From: Takakia lepidozioides
Lineage: Eukaryota > Plantae > Bryophyta
Length of the DNA: 64,000 nucleotides
Assembly: GCA_030704615.1 (NCBI GenBank)
Contig: CM060732.1
Span: 42,346,001 to 42,410,000, forward strand
Direction of reading: 5' to 3'
Shown: piece by piece, positions 11,887 through 23,992 of the stretch
How the letters are laid out: each line of letters begins with the position of its first letter
How positions within the stretch are numbered: position 1 is the first letter of the stretch
Program-made: the position numbers and the translations under genes
The notes under the pieces: model-generated
Database searches by the model: none
Told to the model about the DNA's origin: nothing
Seen by the model: only the letters and a program-made list of their open reading frames with translations

Positions 11887-13539
11887 GTGTTCAAATACTT
11901 ACGATGATGAATGTACAACGAATTTAAGTTGCATGACAAAAATTTACCCAAAATATTGGCCGGATTTTTGGATTTAAAAAAAAAAGACAAAAATAGAAAT
12001 ATAAAAAAATGACGCCGAACCATTTCATTAGAAAAAAATAATTATTTCGGCAAAGGCTTGACGAATTGCATAGGCAAGTACAATAGTCTGGGAGCTTACG
12101 ACAAAAAATGATTCAAGTTCACCACAACAGTAGATCAAAGTTATTATTTAAAAAAACTTCATACTTTGGATATTAATTTGAATACGATCACATCTTCATT
12201 ATTTTCTTAAGATGTTAAGATCTTAAGTTATGTGTCAAAACCTGCTCAAAGTGCCTAACTTATTAGTGAAATTTTGCATAGCTAAGATATAGAGCGATTG
12301 AGATCAAATTATATGTACTCGCAGTTCACTGCTAACTCTCGAAGTTCTTGCTGATTTAGCACCCCATAATTGATCAAGGCGGAAATATGGACAATACTTC
12401 GTCCGACCCGTTGATTGACTAATATTTGTACACCATCATGGTACAAATCCACAATACGGAGTTTTGTATACATTAGGGTCTAGATGTACATCATACTTCA
12501 TGATTATTTGCAGTCGCTCATCGGCAACTTGCACATTTGTAGCAACCATTTTTTTTTAATGTCTTCATTTCTATTGTTTTTTCAGCTTTGGCTTGATCTG
12601 CAAGTTGTTTGGCTACTTCACATTCGATCAGTTTGCTTCTCTCATTGTCGCGTAGTTTCTGCTCTTGTGGGGCACTAGCAAATTTCTTTTGACGAGTCAA
12701 GTTCTCATCCCAACAACAATATATCAGAAGTAAGAATTAGGAGCTTGTATAATCAATTAATTATAGGTCACTACTAGTGCTATGTCATTGTCGCACAACA
12801 ACCTGTGGCAAAGAGAAGACTTTTTTAAGACAATTATTGCAGTTATAGCTCGAGAGAAATCCGGTGTGTTAAGTTTTGTTTTTGAGTGACTTAATGATGT
12901 TTGTATTAAAGTGTTCATACACATATATTTTCTAAATGCAATTTTAAATGGCTCATTTGAAACAAGTAACATCAAGTGGTTGCAATGCATGAGAGGTGTG
13001 TGCAAGAAGAGTGGCAAGATAGAATCAAATTGATAGGGTCATCAAGATAGCATCGACTGTGACGTGTGAACCATGCCATCTACTACTAGTAGATGTGCAC
13101 TAACTCCTCCTGTAACTAATTTTGAGAAATGTTATAGAATAGTAATTGTTTTGTCTACTTTGCATGCTCATCGTTGTGCCATCCTTACAATTCTCTATTT
13201 AGTTCTACATTTGTATTTTCAAGCCTTGAAAGATTTAAAAATTAGATACAAAAATCGCAGTGTGCATTGTTTGCAGTTTCATGTGATCATGATCATTAAG
13301 AGGTACATGTTTCAAGGTTCATCACGATGGCTTTTGCCAGCCCCGGAGTTGGTGCTTCTTCCTGCGCCCAACACTGAGTGCTACGAGATTATAGTCTTCT
13401 GCTCGATCTGGGGTAAACTGAATCCGGTTCCACCTACTGAGCTACATTACTATAACCACTCCTTTCACTGAATAGCTAAAGGAATGGTCATGGTTTTTAT
13501 TCATTCAAATCCATGATTCTCCAGGGTCGAATTGCAGCA

Positions 13540-14280
13540 GTCTCAGGGGAGCAAATAGAATGCCAAAACGGATCTTTGAACGCAAATGGACCAGCAAATG
13601 GGCTCATGTGCTCGGACATCCGTCTCTTGGAAATCTGTTTGGGTAGATATCTGGAAAATACACAGATCATCTGAGATTGATGCCTTTCTATGGAAGATAG
13701 CTAACAAATCAATTATTCTCGTTGGTGCTCTCTTTTCTGATGCTCGTTCTAATTGTGCTACCTGCAATCTGCATTCTCTAGAAGATATAGAACATTGCTT
13801 GGTGTTGTATTGATGTATGCAGTTTGGAGAAAGACATTCACTATTTGTTCTTTCTGGAACCCGAATCTGAATTACACTACCATTTCTCTGCTACTGAACA
13901 TCAGAGAAATGAACATTTTCTGCTTGTAGGGTTGCCTTGAGAATGTTCTTGAAAAGGAATGGAAATTGGTTGGAAATGGTCCAGTTTGGGAATCGCTAAG
14001 AGGAATTATCGTATATTTGGAAAATAAGATGTGTTGTAGTATTTCAAAATGCTATCCCTTGTTTACATAAGATGTTGTACATGGGCTCACTTAGTTGTGT
14101 CAGAGGTTCGCAAATCCTGGTTTGGTGACAGTTTTTCCCAAATGCGGCAATCGAAAGAGAACCCACCTGCTCGTAGCCTTTGACAACTCTTGGGGAAAAT
14201 GCAATGTCTACTGCAGGAGGATTTCTGACTCACGAATTGTGGGGAAAGACTCAATGTCCCTATCTGTTTTTAAAAAAGAT
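13540..14280 (+). mobile_element. Degenerate L1-type LINE 3' remnant (zf-RVT region)
   Basis: ORF 13586-13813 WVDIWK...IDAFLWKIANKSI...CATCN...EDIEHCL matches the zf-RVT pattern; downstream sequence is broken. Confidence 0.7.
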
Positions 14281-15775
14281 TAAAAAAATGAACGAAATTG
14301 AAATTGCCTGACCGCGCCATTTCCTTGAGCATACAGGGCACCATAGTCGTGACGTGGCGAACTGCCATTAGTTACGAGGAGGAGCCCTGTATTTCAAAGC
14401 GTGCCTCTCATGGGCCCCACACTCTCCGCATGCGATGTGACAAATATGGATGAAAAGTAGCCAAATGTAGATGTAAAGTGCGCTCCTCCGGTTATAACAC
14501 TTACGGAAGTAATGTAGCCAAACCTGAATATGAAAGTGCACTCCTCCTGACAGACTCTGTCCGACAGTGTTCATTGAGGCGGGGAAATACTTAACGGGAT
14601 GTAGCCGCCTGGCCTCCAAGTTCCAACCCCATCTATGTATATTTATATGTATATATCATATACACCCCTGCCTTAGTATACACACGGGACCCACGCCCAA
14701 AAGGGAGATGTTCCGCACGTGTGAACTTACCTTGTGCTGCGAGGAGCTCATTTCCACATCCACCGCTCATCTACCGGACCAACACTCTGTCCGTCCTGGA
14801 TCCCCACTATTAAATGATGGTGGCGGCACAATCCCGACCGTTTCTTAATCTACGCGCATCCGATGGCGCGCGCGACGTGGACCGCACATCCGACCCAAGT
14901 ACGGACCCCGACCCCTGGGTCTCGCCCAATCCCGACCCCCTCCATGTCCTGGCCGCCCGTATCTGCACCGCTCACCCCCGCACCCCTTCCTCACCCTACG
15001 TTGCACGCCGGACACTGTCTTCGACGACACCATCCAGGCCGCAGGATGCCTCGTCATCTCGCGGCTCCGCCGCCCTGCGGTCGATGGCTGTCGATGCTCC
15101 ACCCAAGTAGCAAGTACCTTGCGATCAACGGAAACTCTCCACGTGGTGACCGGTAACCCAAGTCCGGATCTTTGGAGGATTATGTCAACATTGGTATGTG
15201 TGGTCGGGATCGCAATCCCCTGGTTGGAGCCAATGGCGTGGCTGTATTCAGTTTATCCTCCGCTTTCAGCCAATGGCAATCCGAGGTATCAGCTAATAAT
15301 GTTACTTTATCTGTGTTGAAGATCGGTTTGAAGCGAATGGGAGCGCGGGTTAAGATCATAAGTTATGACCCACGAGATAATATCGCTGTAACGGATCGTC
15401 CCACGTGGGCGCGCCCGCTTCATCCATCCATCCTCTCACTTCTCCTTCGTCAGTGGGACGCACATTCGTCACAACTCCGTGATGGAGTGCATGCAATCTC
15501 GCCACGTGCTCAGACGCCACTGGGTGAACCCTTCGTCCTAGAAAACAGTTGTTGCGCGTGCCATCCACTTATGGTCCGAGTGAGATGTAGACACGTGGCT
15601 CTGTACCACGTGAACTGGCTTGTCGATTTAGACGCTAGTACTGTTTTAGTGGGTAGTTAGTGTGTGCTTAGTGCGAGTTAGTCCTTTGCATGGGCGCGTG
15701 ATTAGTGAGTTTAGTCCGGATGCTGACTTGGCGTCGGCAGAGGCTGACTTGGCATGGGTCGAGTAACTAGTGTAT

Positions 15776-15968
15776 AGGGTGACTTCGCATGGGGGAGTAA
15801 TTAGTGAGTCTACTTTCGGAGGGTGACTTGGCATGGGGGAGTAATTAGTGAGTCTACTTCGGAGGGTGACTTGGCTTGGGGGAGTAATTAGTGAACTCTA
15901 CTTCCGAGGGTGACTTGGCTTGTACTAGTAATTACTGAGGCTTTTCCAGAGGGTGACATGGCTTGGGC
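15776..15968. repeat. ~43-bp minisatellite, about 4.5 copies
   Basis: Unit GAGGGTGACTTGGCATGGGGGAGTAATTAGTGAGTCTACTT(T)CG; more degenerate copies extend back to ~15690. Confidence 0.9.
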
Positions 15969-16238
15969 GGGAGTCAGGAGAGGGGGACGGCATGAATACG
16001 ATCTGAATACAGTGTAGATACGGTGTAGAGGAGATCGGGCGGGGCTTCGCTCTTGGCCCAGTTTTTGATCTGCCGGAAGATTCGTGAATCCGGGTCCGAC
16101 GAGTGAAGGCGGACAGGCACGTGGCAGGGGAGGGGGCGGCGCGGCGGCATGGATAGTGCGATGTAGGCCGCAGGATTGGGCGGGCTGCGTCTGTCACTGC
16201 TGCTTGCGCTCGCGATGCTTTACTGATGTGAGAAAGAG

Positions 16239-16241
<3 letters not shown>

Positions 16242-16270
<29 letters not shown>
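16242..16270. repeat. (GA)n microsatellite followed by a G-run, probable PRR promoter/5'UTR
   Basis: Directly visible in the sequence. Confidence 0.9.
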
Positions 16271-16281
<11 letters not shown>

Positions 16282-18262
16282 CGGTGTGTGGACGTTGTTG
16301 TCGGCGGCCTCGTAATTTGGGAGGTGTGCTAGTGTGGGAGATCCTTTGATCGCGGACTGTGTGTCGGTTGGAGGTTGGAGAAGATTTTTGTTTTGCAGTC
16401 TTGTCGTGCTTTTTGTTGGATGCGTGCTTGGAATTGTGAAGACGAGTCAGGTTCCCGCCGTCCTTCTGCTGTGGTAAGAGTCCCCTGCAGTTAATGCTTA
16501 TTGGCAGCTTGGCCTCCTTACGAGTCTGGATATATTCCAATTCAATTCGGTCGTCTTCCTGGCCTGGTTTTATTTTTCTCTCTCTGGCAGTCTTGCGCAC
16601 TGCTGGTCGACTGTTTTGTCCCCTGATCTTGCGAGTCTGAGTCCCCTTGTGTGATCTTTGAACCTGTCGTACTTATCCTAGATTTCGTAGTTTTGTCTGT
16701 GACATGTGTGTCAACTTCTCATCGTGCGCTAAGTAGTGGCTGTCCTCGGCAGTATCTGTTATCGTCGATACTGGTAGTATTCCTCCATCTCTCGAGCATG
16801 TGGAAATAAAGCTATGGACTTTGCTTCTCTCTATATGCTAGTCCACACGAATCTGTCGGGGGTGGTTTACGCTTGTGATCACGTGCCAATCGCACCATTG
16901 GAGCTTTATGGTTTGTGACCGAGGTACTCAGGAGAAGCAGGTTGCGTGACGTTGCGGGAAAACTCAGCCGAAGTAATGCGTTCTGTTATTTAGTAGCAAT
17001 CTGTACGTTTTGCACGGATGGCGTGACGTTTGTTTCAAAGCTTCCACGAAACAGGTAATTCAGTTTATAAGATTTAGAGTCGACTTGTGGCTTGTCGAAA
17101 CTCTATTGTTGCACTGGCTAGTCATACCTGTCTGTGCTCCAGCATACGCAAGTAAATGTAGTGAATTATACTGGTCAAATGGTTAGCACTGTAAACGGAA
17201 TGGATTTTGTCTACAGCCAAACGCAGCATATCTGCCGTGTGGTGAAGGGGATTAACCTGATATTTCTCACGGCCTTCACCCCAAGCTCAATAAGCCTAAT
17301 TTCTGCGTCTCATGACTTGCCAAGCTTGTACTAAGATTCAAGTGTGTGTAGATCCTAAAGTCCAGTGCTAGTTTTGTTGTCTGAAGGTCTCCTAGTTTCA
17401 AGTTTCAGTATCCTGCTAACACCGAGATAGTATGTCTAAAGATCCTTGGTGCTCTACGGGCAATGCCTGCCCCTAGTCGCCCGGGTGAAAAGAAATATTT
17501 GCTCATTGCAGTATCTACTTCGGGACCGGAAGCAATATCTGATAGTTGCATTTTATTTGAAGTCTGAGAACCTTTGGAGGCCTCTTGGTATTCAGAGCGT
17601 CTCCTGTCTTCCTGCTCAATTTTTTTGCTTCAGGACTCCAAAGACCTGTGCCCGCAGGCAACTGAACTGGCGGAAAGTGTGCAGCAGAACGTTGTGACAG
17701 TAATCTATCAGTTGACTGAGGAAGTGGCTTGGTGTTGTGTGTGGTTCAGATACTTGTAGTACGATACTTTTGACTACAGTCTGGAAGCAAAAGACGGAGG
17801 AAATATATGACCAGACCTACGTCAACAGTTCTCGGTTATGACTTGAGCGATCTGATACTGCAGGAGCTGTTCCGCGATGCTTGGCAGAGGCCCGATCCCC
17901 GTGGAAGGATAGGACCAGCATTGGTAGGGCTGGGGTCTGATGAGGGCGATCGGAGTGTGCCACAGGAACCGTCTTTATACGACTGCAGATGTTCAGTCCG
18001 ACTCCAGGCCCTGTCAACCTTTCTTTCTCAAAGGGAGATCGGAGTTTGAACAGATAGTGGGGTTGACTTCCGTGGCCCGAGATGGGCGGCTTTATGGGGC
18101 CAAGGCGCCAAGAGGAGTGATACAAGAAGAGACGTTGTTAGAATTGAGGAAAGGATATGATTCCACCACAAGGACAGTGGCACGGTGGGAAAGGGAGTGC
18201 AGGGAGGCAAGAGGAGTCAGGTGAAAAATCGAGAAGATGGGAATGATATCACTGAGCAGATT

Positions 18263-20188
18263 ATGAGGAAGCTAGATAGTCAGGTCCCTGTACGAGACTA
18301 CTGGGACGCGGAGCGGGAAAGGGAGCAAGTTCGAGATGAAGAGATAGAAGACGATTTTGAGAAAGGAGACGGAGCCCTTGCAGAACAGCAGGTGCAACAA
18401 GTCCTTAGTGGAGGGTTGGAGGGCTTCCGTTCACGAGGTCACGTAAGAGTGCTCCTCGTTGAAGACGACGATTCAACACGGCTTGTAGTGACTGCATTGT
18501 TGCGGAAGTGCAGCTATGAAGGTAGCTACATGCAACCACGAGTACTTCTGGTTAGCGAATGCGTAGTGCCCGACAAAAAATGTTCTATTGTCGCAAATTT
18601 CAGTTGGTCATTGTTTGTTGCTGGCTTTCATGCATTTCATGTTGACCCTTGGGAATGGGAAGGAAATAGATCCCAGTTTGGTCGAAGTCAGAGCGAGTTA
18701 GCTAATATCATGGTGTTCGGCTGTCTCAGTTACCCCGGCTTCGAATGGTATGTCAGCTTGGGAACGGTTGCGGGATGCCAACAAAGAATTTGACCTGGTG
18801 TTGACGAATGTGGAGATGCCATGTCTCTCTGGAGTGGGCCTTTTTTCGAAAATGGCAAGCCATTATGCTTGCAGGCGGATTCCTGTTGTCAGTAAGCTCC
18901 TTACTGCTGTAAAAGTTTGACATATGATCCACAATGGTGTTGCACAAGTGTTCAAATCTAGTTGTGCTCATATTCAACCTGTGGCTTGCAGGTGGCTTCG
19001 TGAAAGATAGATTTCCTGTGTAGGATTGGCAAAATGAGGAGGGGACTGATCGTTGTGGGCCCTTGTGCCGCAGGAAGGCACAACTGCCCATGACAGGAAT
19101 GTACTAATTGGTATAGTGTAGTCCCGAGCTGTCTGTGGTTCTAATGGATGATGAAGGTGGAATTTATATTGAAAGGTGCATCTGACACGTTGGTTGATCC
19201 TGTCAGAATATCTGATGGCGGGGGGTTGAATGTGCAGTGATGTCACGGCATGACAGCATGGACATTGTGTTCCGCTGTTTGTCTAAAGGGGCGGCTGACT
19301 TCCTGATAAAACCTGTGCGGATCAATGAGCTCAAGAATTTGTGGCAACATGTCTGGAGAAGTCAGCTCTCTGTAAGTAATTGCATGCTATACTCGCAGGT
19401 TCGCCCATGGAAGACTTTTAATGCTTTATGTAGTTTGAAACACTCCCCATGGTTACACTTCTATTTGAGCATGTATGCACTTTTTGTGGCTGCTTTGAGC
19501 GGGTGTGTGAGGAGAGAAGTAATGGTATTGCTCTTAATAACAGTTTTGATCCTGCAGTTGGTTTGCGCATGGTTGCTGTACATTTTTCCGAGCGTTGCTG
19601 TGCCTTTCTAAGAGTTGAACTTGACCCTGACAATGTTTAATTTGTCGAAATCCAAGAAATAGTCTTATCTCATCTGCTGTTTAATTGTCCATTCTGGAAT
19701 TGGTGTTGCTTGCAGTCAAGTGGCAGTGGAAGTGGTAGTGGGAGCCAGACAGGGATGGGCAATAGCCATGTGGGGTCTGACAACAATAACCTGAGTGGCA
19801 GCAAGGATTATTGTGACAATGGAAGCAGCGGCTTGAATGTGCAGCGGAGCAGTGATAATGGAAATGACAATCAAGTGTGTCCCTTATCCTCATGGATTTG
19901 TGTCTCTTTATCTTAGTCTCTCTACATAAGTCAGTGGAGAAAATGAAGGTGAAGGTTGGTTAGTACATCGAGGAAACCTTGCTAAGGTTGACCCAGAATG
20001 TTATGTTGTGCACGTTGGATACAAAAGTATTTCAAGTCAAAGGCAGATCTGTTTCTGTTGGCCAACTTCTCACAGTCCGTGGCCGCAGTCTCAAATGCAG
20101 CCTGTGCAGATGCAGGGAAATCATTGCACTCGGCGAGAGGTTGCTGATGCTGAAGAGAAAGGTCAGGCACCATCACTCAATGGTACAG

Positions 20189-20219
<31 letters not shown>

Positions 20220-23200
20220 ATGTTGGCAGACCACACACAGCAGAGTGATGTTTGTGTGAAGGCATTTCTAGAGCATATCTGGAGAACTCGGATCAATTGT
20301 CTGTTTCAAGGTAAGTCGTACTACCGGGATCAGCCCCTGACAAAGGTAGTTTCTGAAACTGGGTGCGGGGTCGATGGCCATGTGGCTACAACAAACAACT
20401 CGTCTGAGTACATTCTCTATGCTGTTGGCTCTGCCCAAACTGGTTGCAGGATCTAAGCCACAAGGCTATGTCAAACCACGTCTTCTGAGTAGTTGTGTCT
20501 GATGTTGAGCTCCCCTGTAGTGGGTTAAAGTATTAGACAATCTGATCGACTAAATCTTGTTGGGAAGATTTAATATGGTGCATGTGGCATTGATCTTGAT
20601 CTTTGGTCATCGTAAAGGTCAAAACTGGTCACATGGGAAGTCTCTTGTTTGATTCAGACGCAGTTGGAGGACCTTGTGGACCCATCTTTTAGTCACACTC
20701 ATTGCATTTGAAAGTATACAGAGTTTGTGATGAATCAAATTTGAGAGGGTTTGAATGCTCCACAAATTTTATACACAGTTGGCTCTGGGTGACTCTCCCA
20801 TTATTTGTTGTGATAAGGGTTTGGCACCATGGACGCCGAAGACAAGCCGTAGCAATACTGAATTACTGCAATAGTTGCCCTCTGCTCTGCCATAAGGCTC
20901 TGACAATGCATTCAGTTTTATCCTTCCGGGGTAGTTCATACCATTTTGGGATTGAATACTTAAATTAGTTTTCACTTGGTAGTGTCCTCCATTTCCTTGT
21001 GTTATCTTTAGCTAAAGTCCTGTTTGGATTTCTGGAGTGCATGTTTGTTCCCAGGTCCATGGAGTGTCCTTTTTGGGTTTACGAATAGTAATCACCTGTG
21101 ATATTGTCTACCTTTCTTATGTATATTTGATGTGCCTGCAACCCTGGTTTTAAATGTCCGTTCAACACTCAAAGGTAGTCACATATTCTTGTGTATGTAG
21201 ATCAGGAGATGGGACATGACTTGGAGTTGGCAACTCGGAGGATGGTCACTGTGGAAGTGGAGAAAATCCAGCACCAGGAAGTTGGAACTGAATACTCTGC
21301 GTGTGCTGTGGAAGAAGAGCCTGCAACCAGTGGAGACAAAAGGCATGAGTGTCGGGGAGATCAACCTTCATATTCAAGGGTAAATGGTTCAAGTAAGGTC
21401 CAGAAAGCAATTGACTTTATTGGTGGTATAGCCTGCCAACCGCCCCAATGGAATGCTCAACAACCTGGGGAGAGTGCAGATGGAGATGAGGTATTGGATC
21501 AAGATGGCAGCAACAGCCCCAGAAGTAAAGAGGCTGTTGATTCTCTCCCAATATTAGAGCTCACTTTGAAACGGCCACGGGACTATGACAAGGATGGGGA
21601 TGACCTACGGGTGCTCCCTTATCCTTGGATCTCAGCTTTTTCAAGGTAGATTCCCTTATTAAATTTGCAGAACTGAGATACTGTAGCTGCTTGTATAAGA
21701 TGTTTTAGCACCCAGCTGTACAGACAGGTTGGGCATTTGTGCCCAGGGGTTGTTGCTGAAATCATGAACTATTATGCATAACAGTTTGTATTTGTGAGAT
21801 TTGATGTTGGGGTGCTCCATCCAGCAATCCCAATGAGGGTTGCATTAAATTAAGGTGTTACAATTGAGCTGTGGCATTGTGAGGTGCCCTGACCTTCTGC
21901 GATTATGTATCGCTGAGAGAAGTTTTCGGTGAACTGTTGGATAAATGCATGTAATAGAAGAAGATTGGCTGGGCTGCAGGTATTGCACATGCGGACCAGG
22001 GCTTTCTCTCAGCGGATACCCAATGGGTTGTGTCTATGGAGCTCACAGCCTGTCTCCCGGATGCTTAGATGCAAGCACAGCTGGACCACTAAAGTTGGGC
22101 AAGTTGGGCGACTGTGCAGGCTTGTCGATGGGCAGTTGTGAGGCATCCACTATGTTGCGGATGCATCCACAAACTGTCCACACAAGGAATGGCCGAGATA
22201 CAAGCCCATCACTGGTAGAGCCTTCAATTCAGGGTGGGTTTTCAGATCTGCGATCAGGGAAAGATGACCTGGTGGCTGGCATGCCATCTACCAGCCCTCG
22301 ACCAGGCATCTCCACTTATGGGGGCGTCTCCTCTTTACATACACCCGGCATGTATTATAACCACCCTGGTAGCGCTGGGTGGATGACAGGGACCTCCCCT
22401 CACATGGCTGATCAAGGGGAAGTCTTTGACCACTCTCCAACATACCATGACCACAATGCCTGTCTGGGGCATCTCTCTTGTCAACAGAGTCACCAGCGTG
22501 CATACCACCACAGCCATTGTCACCACAACAGGCGTTCACTCCTGCCCCAACAAGAAGAGCAGCAGACATGCACAAGGTCTAGCCTTGGAGGTCGCCACTG
22601 TGGATCATCCAACATGGGCCATCTTTTGTTTGATGGAAACAATGGTCAGAGTGGCAGCAGGAATGGATATGGTAGCAATGGCAATTTAAGTTGGATTCTG
22701 AACAATAGTAGTCCATCAGGAAGCAATAATGGCAGAAATGGACTTGACAGGCACAGTGATGGCCAAGATGGTCTTAGTTTGGCAGTAAGGGTTGATGGAG
22801 ATAGTGGAAATAAAATCAGAAATAGCAGCAGTATAGGCAATAGTACAAAGGTTAGCAATAACCGGTCGGTGGACTCAGAAGAATATCGTCTTTCACATCG
22901 AGAAGCTGCTCTGAACAAGTTTCGACAGAAGAGGAAAGAAAGATGTTTTGAGAAGAAGGTACAGGTCAAGGATTCTGTTTATCTCCCTCTCTTTTTCGCA
23001 TCAGAGCTTGTTGGCCATGAGGCTATTGCAAATAAAATATCATGACTAAATGTTTTTTACATTGCAGCTTCTTCCTTGGCTGGGGTGCGCAGTCTTAGAC
23101 CTGTTTGTTTCATGTCACCAGCTTGGTGTACCCACCAGCAGGGGAGACAGTACTATCCATCTACTGAACATGTAGATGTTTCATCCGCTCTGTTTGTCCA

Positions 23201-23339
23201 TTTCTGACTGATGCATATTTGTCTGCAGGTGCGATACCAGAGCCGGAAGAGGCTTGCAGAGCAACGCCCAAGGATAAGAGGCCAATTTGTTCGCCAGACA
23301 GTCCGTGATTGTGTTACTGTTACTACGGAGCAAGAATAG
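18263..23339 (+). CDS. PRR: Pseudo-response regulator (receiver-like + CCT domain), PRR3/7-like clock component, ~771 aa
   Basis: Exons 18263-18521, 18730-18891, 19238-19371, 19716-19874, ~20116-20182, 21201-21645, 21980-22958 and 23229-23339 are all GT-AG and stay in frame. Motifs [37 protein letters not shown] (EAR), SAFSRY and [46 protein letters not shown]. The start codon and the acceptor of exon 5 are uncertain. Confidence 0.93.
20222..20490 (+). mobile_element. 5'-truncated 3' ends (two in tandem) of the same LINE family as the 51651-54323 array, in a PRR intron
   Basis: Follows (CT)n at 20193-20219. [41 protein letters not shown] matches the ORF at 52695-53207. Ends TGAGTACATTCTCT; a second mini-copy lies at ~20430-20490. 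Confidence 0.9.
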
Positions 23340-23505
23340 ATAGGCTAGTTGCACATCCTGCCTCTACTCATGTTTGGCAGACAGGTATTATCTGCAAGCC
23401 AATTTGTTCGCCAGACAGTCCGTGATTGTGTTACTACCGAGCAAGAGTAGACAGGTTAGTTGCACATCCTGCCTCTACTCATGTTTGGAAGAGGTATTAT
23501 CTGCA
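23281..23505 (+). repeat. Tandem duplication (~115 bp) of the PRR C-terminal codons, stop and proximal 3'UTR
   Basis: 23281-23396 and 23398-23505 both begin GCCAATTTGTTCGCCAGACAGTCCGTGATTGTGTTACT and end GGTATTATCTGCA. Confidence 0.95.
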
Positions 23506-23992
23506 GTTCTATAGTTTGGTATTGAGATCACATTTGGGTTCAAGGGATTCTTTGTAACAAAGTTGGTTCATATACTAGTTTTGGCCTGTTCCCATTAACT
23601 CGGTTAAATAGCTAAATGTGATTGTGCAGTCATGTGCTGGATAAGTTAATAAGGTGGACAGCTTTTACCTGGCTGGATGTAGCAAAAGATTAAAATGGAT
23701 GGAATGAAACTTACCGGAAGTCAGTTGATTGTCTGCAACTCATTTGATCTGTTCCTCTTGATATCCTGCAGAAACTGATACTGCATATAGGGGGGAGGGC
23801 ATGAAAGTGAAAGTGAAAGTTTACTCGCCTATATACCCCTGCTCTTGTGCCAGTAGAGAGAAAGGTAGGTCAAATTTCCAACATGCTCTGTCAGTGTGCA
23901 GTAAGTGAGCAAGAAAATGCATATGAAAAAGCTTGTAAGTTGCATACTGCGAGAAATATCAGGATTACCAAATAACATGTGCCAGTTGATCG

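Larger units (their letters stand above)
14716..16885. promoter_or_regulatory. G-box (CACGTG) cluster upstream of the PRR gene
   Basis: CACGTG at 14716, 15140, 15402, 15503, 15592, 15607, 16118 and 16880. Function is inferred. Confidence 0.5.
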
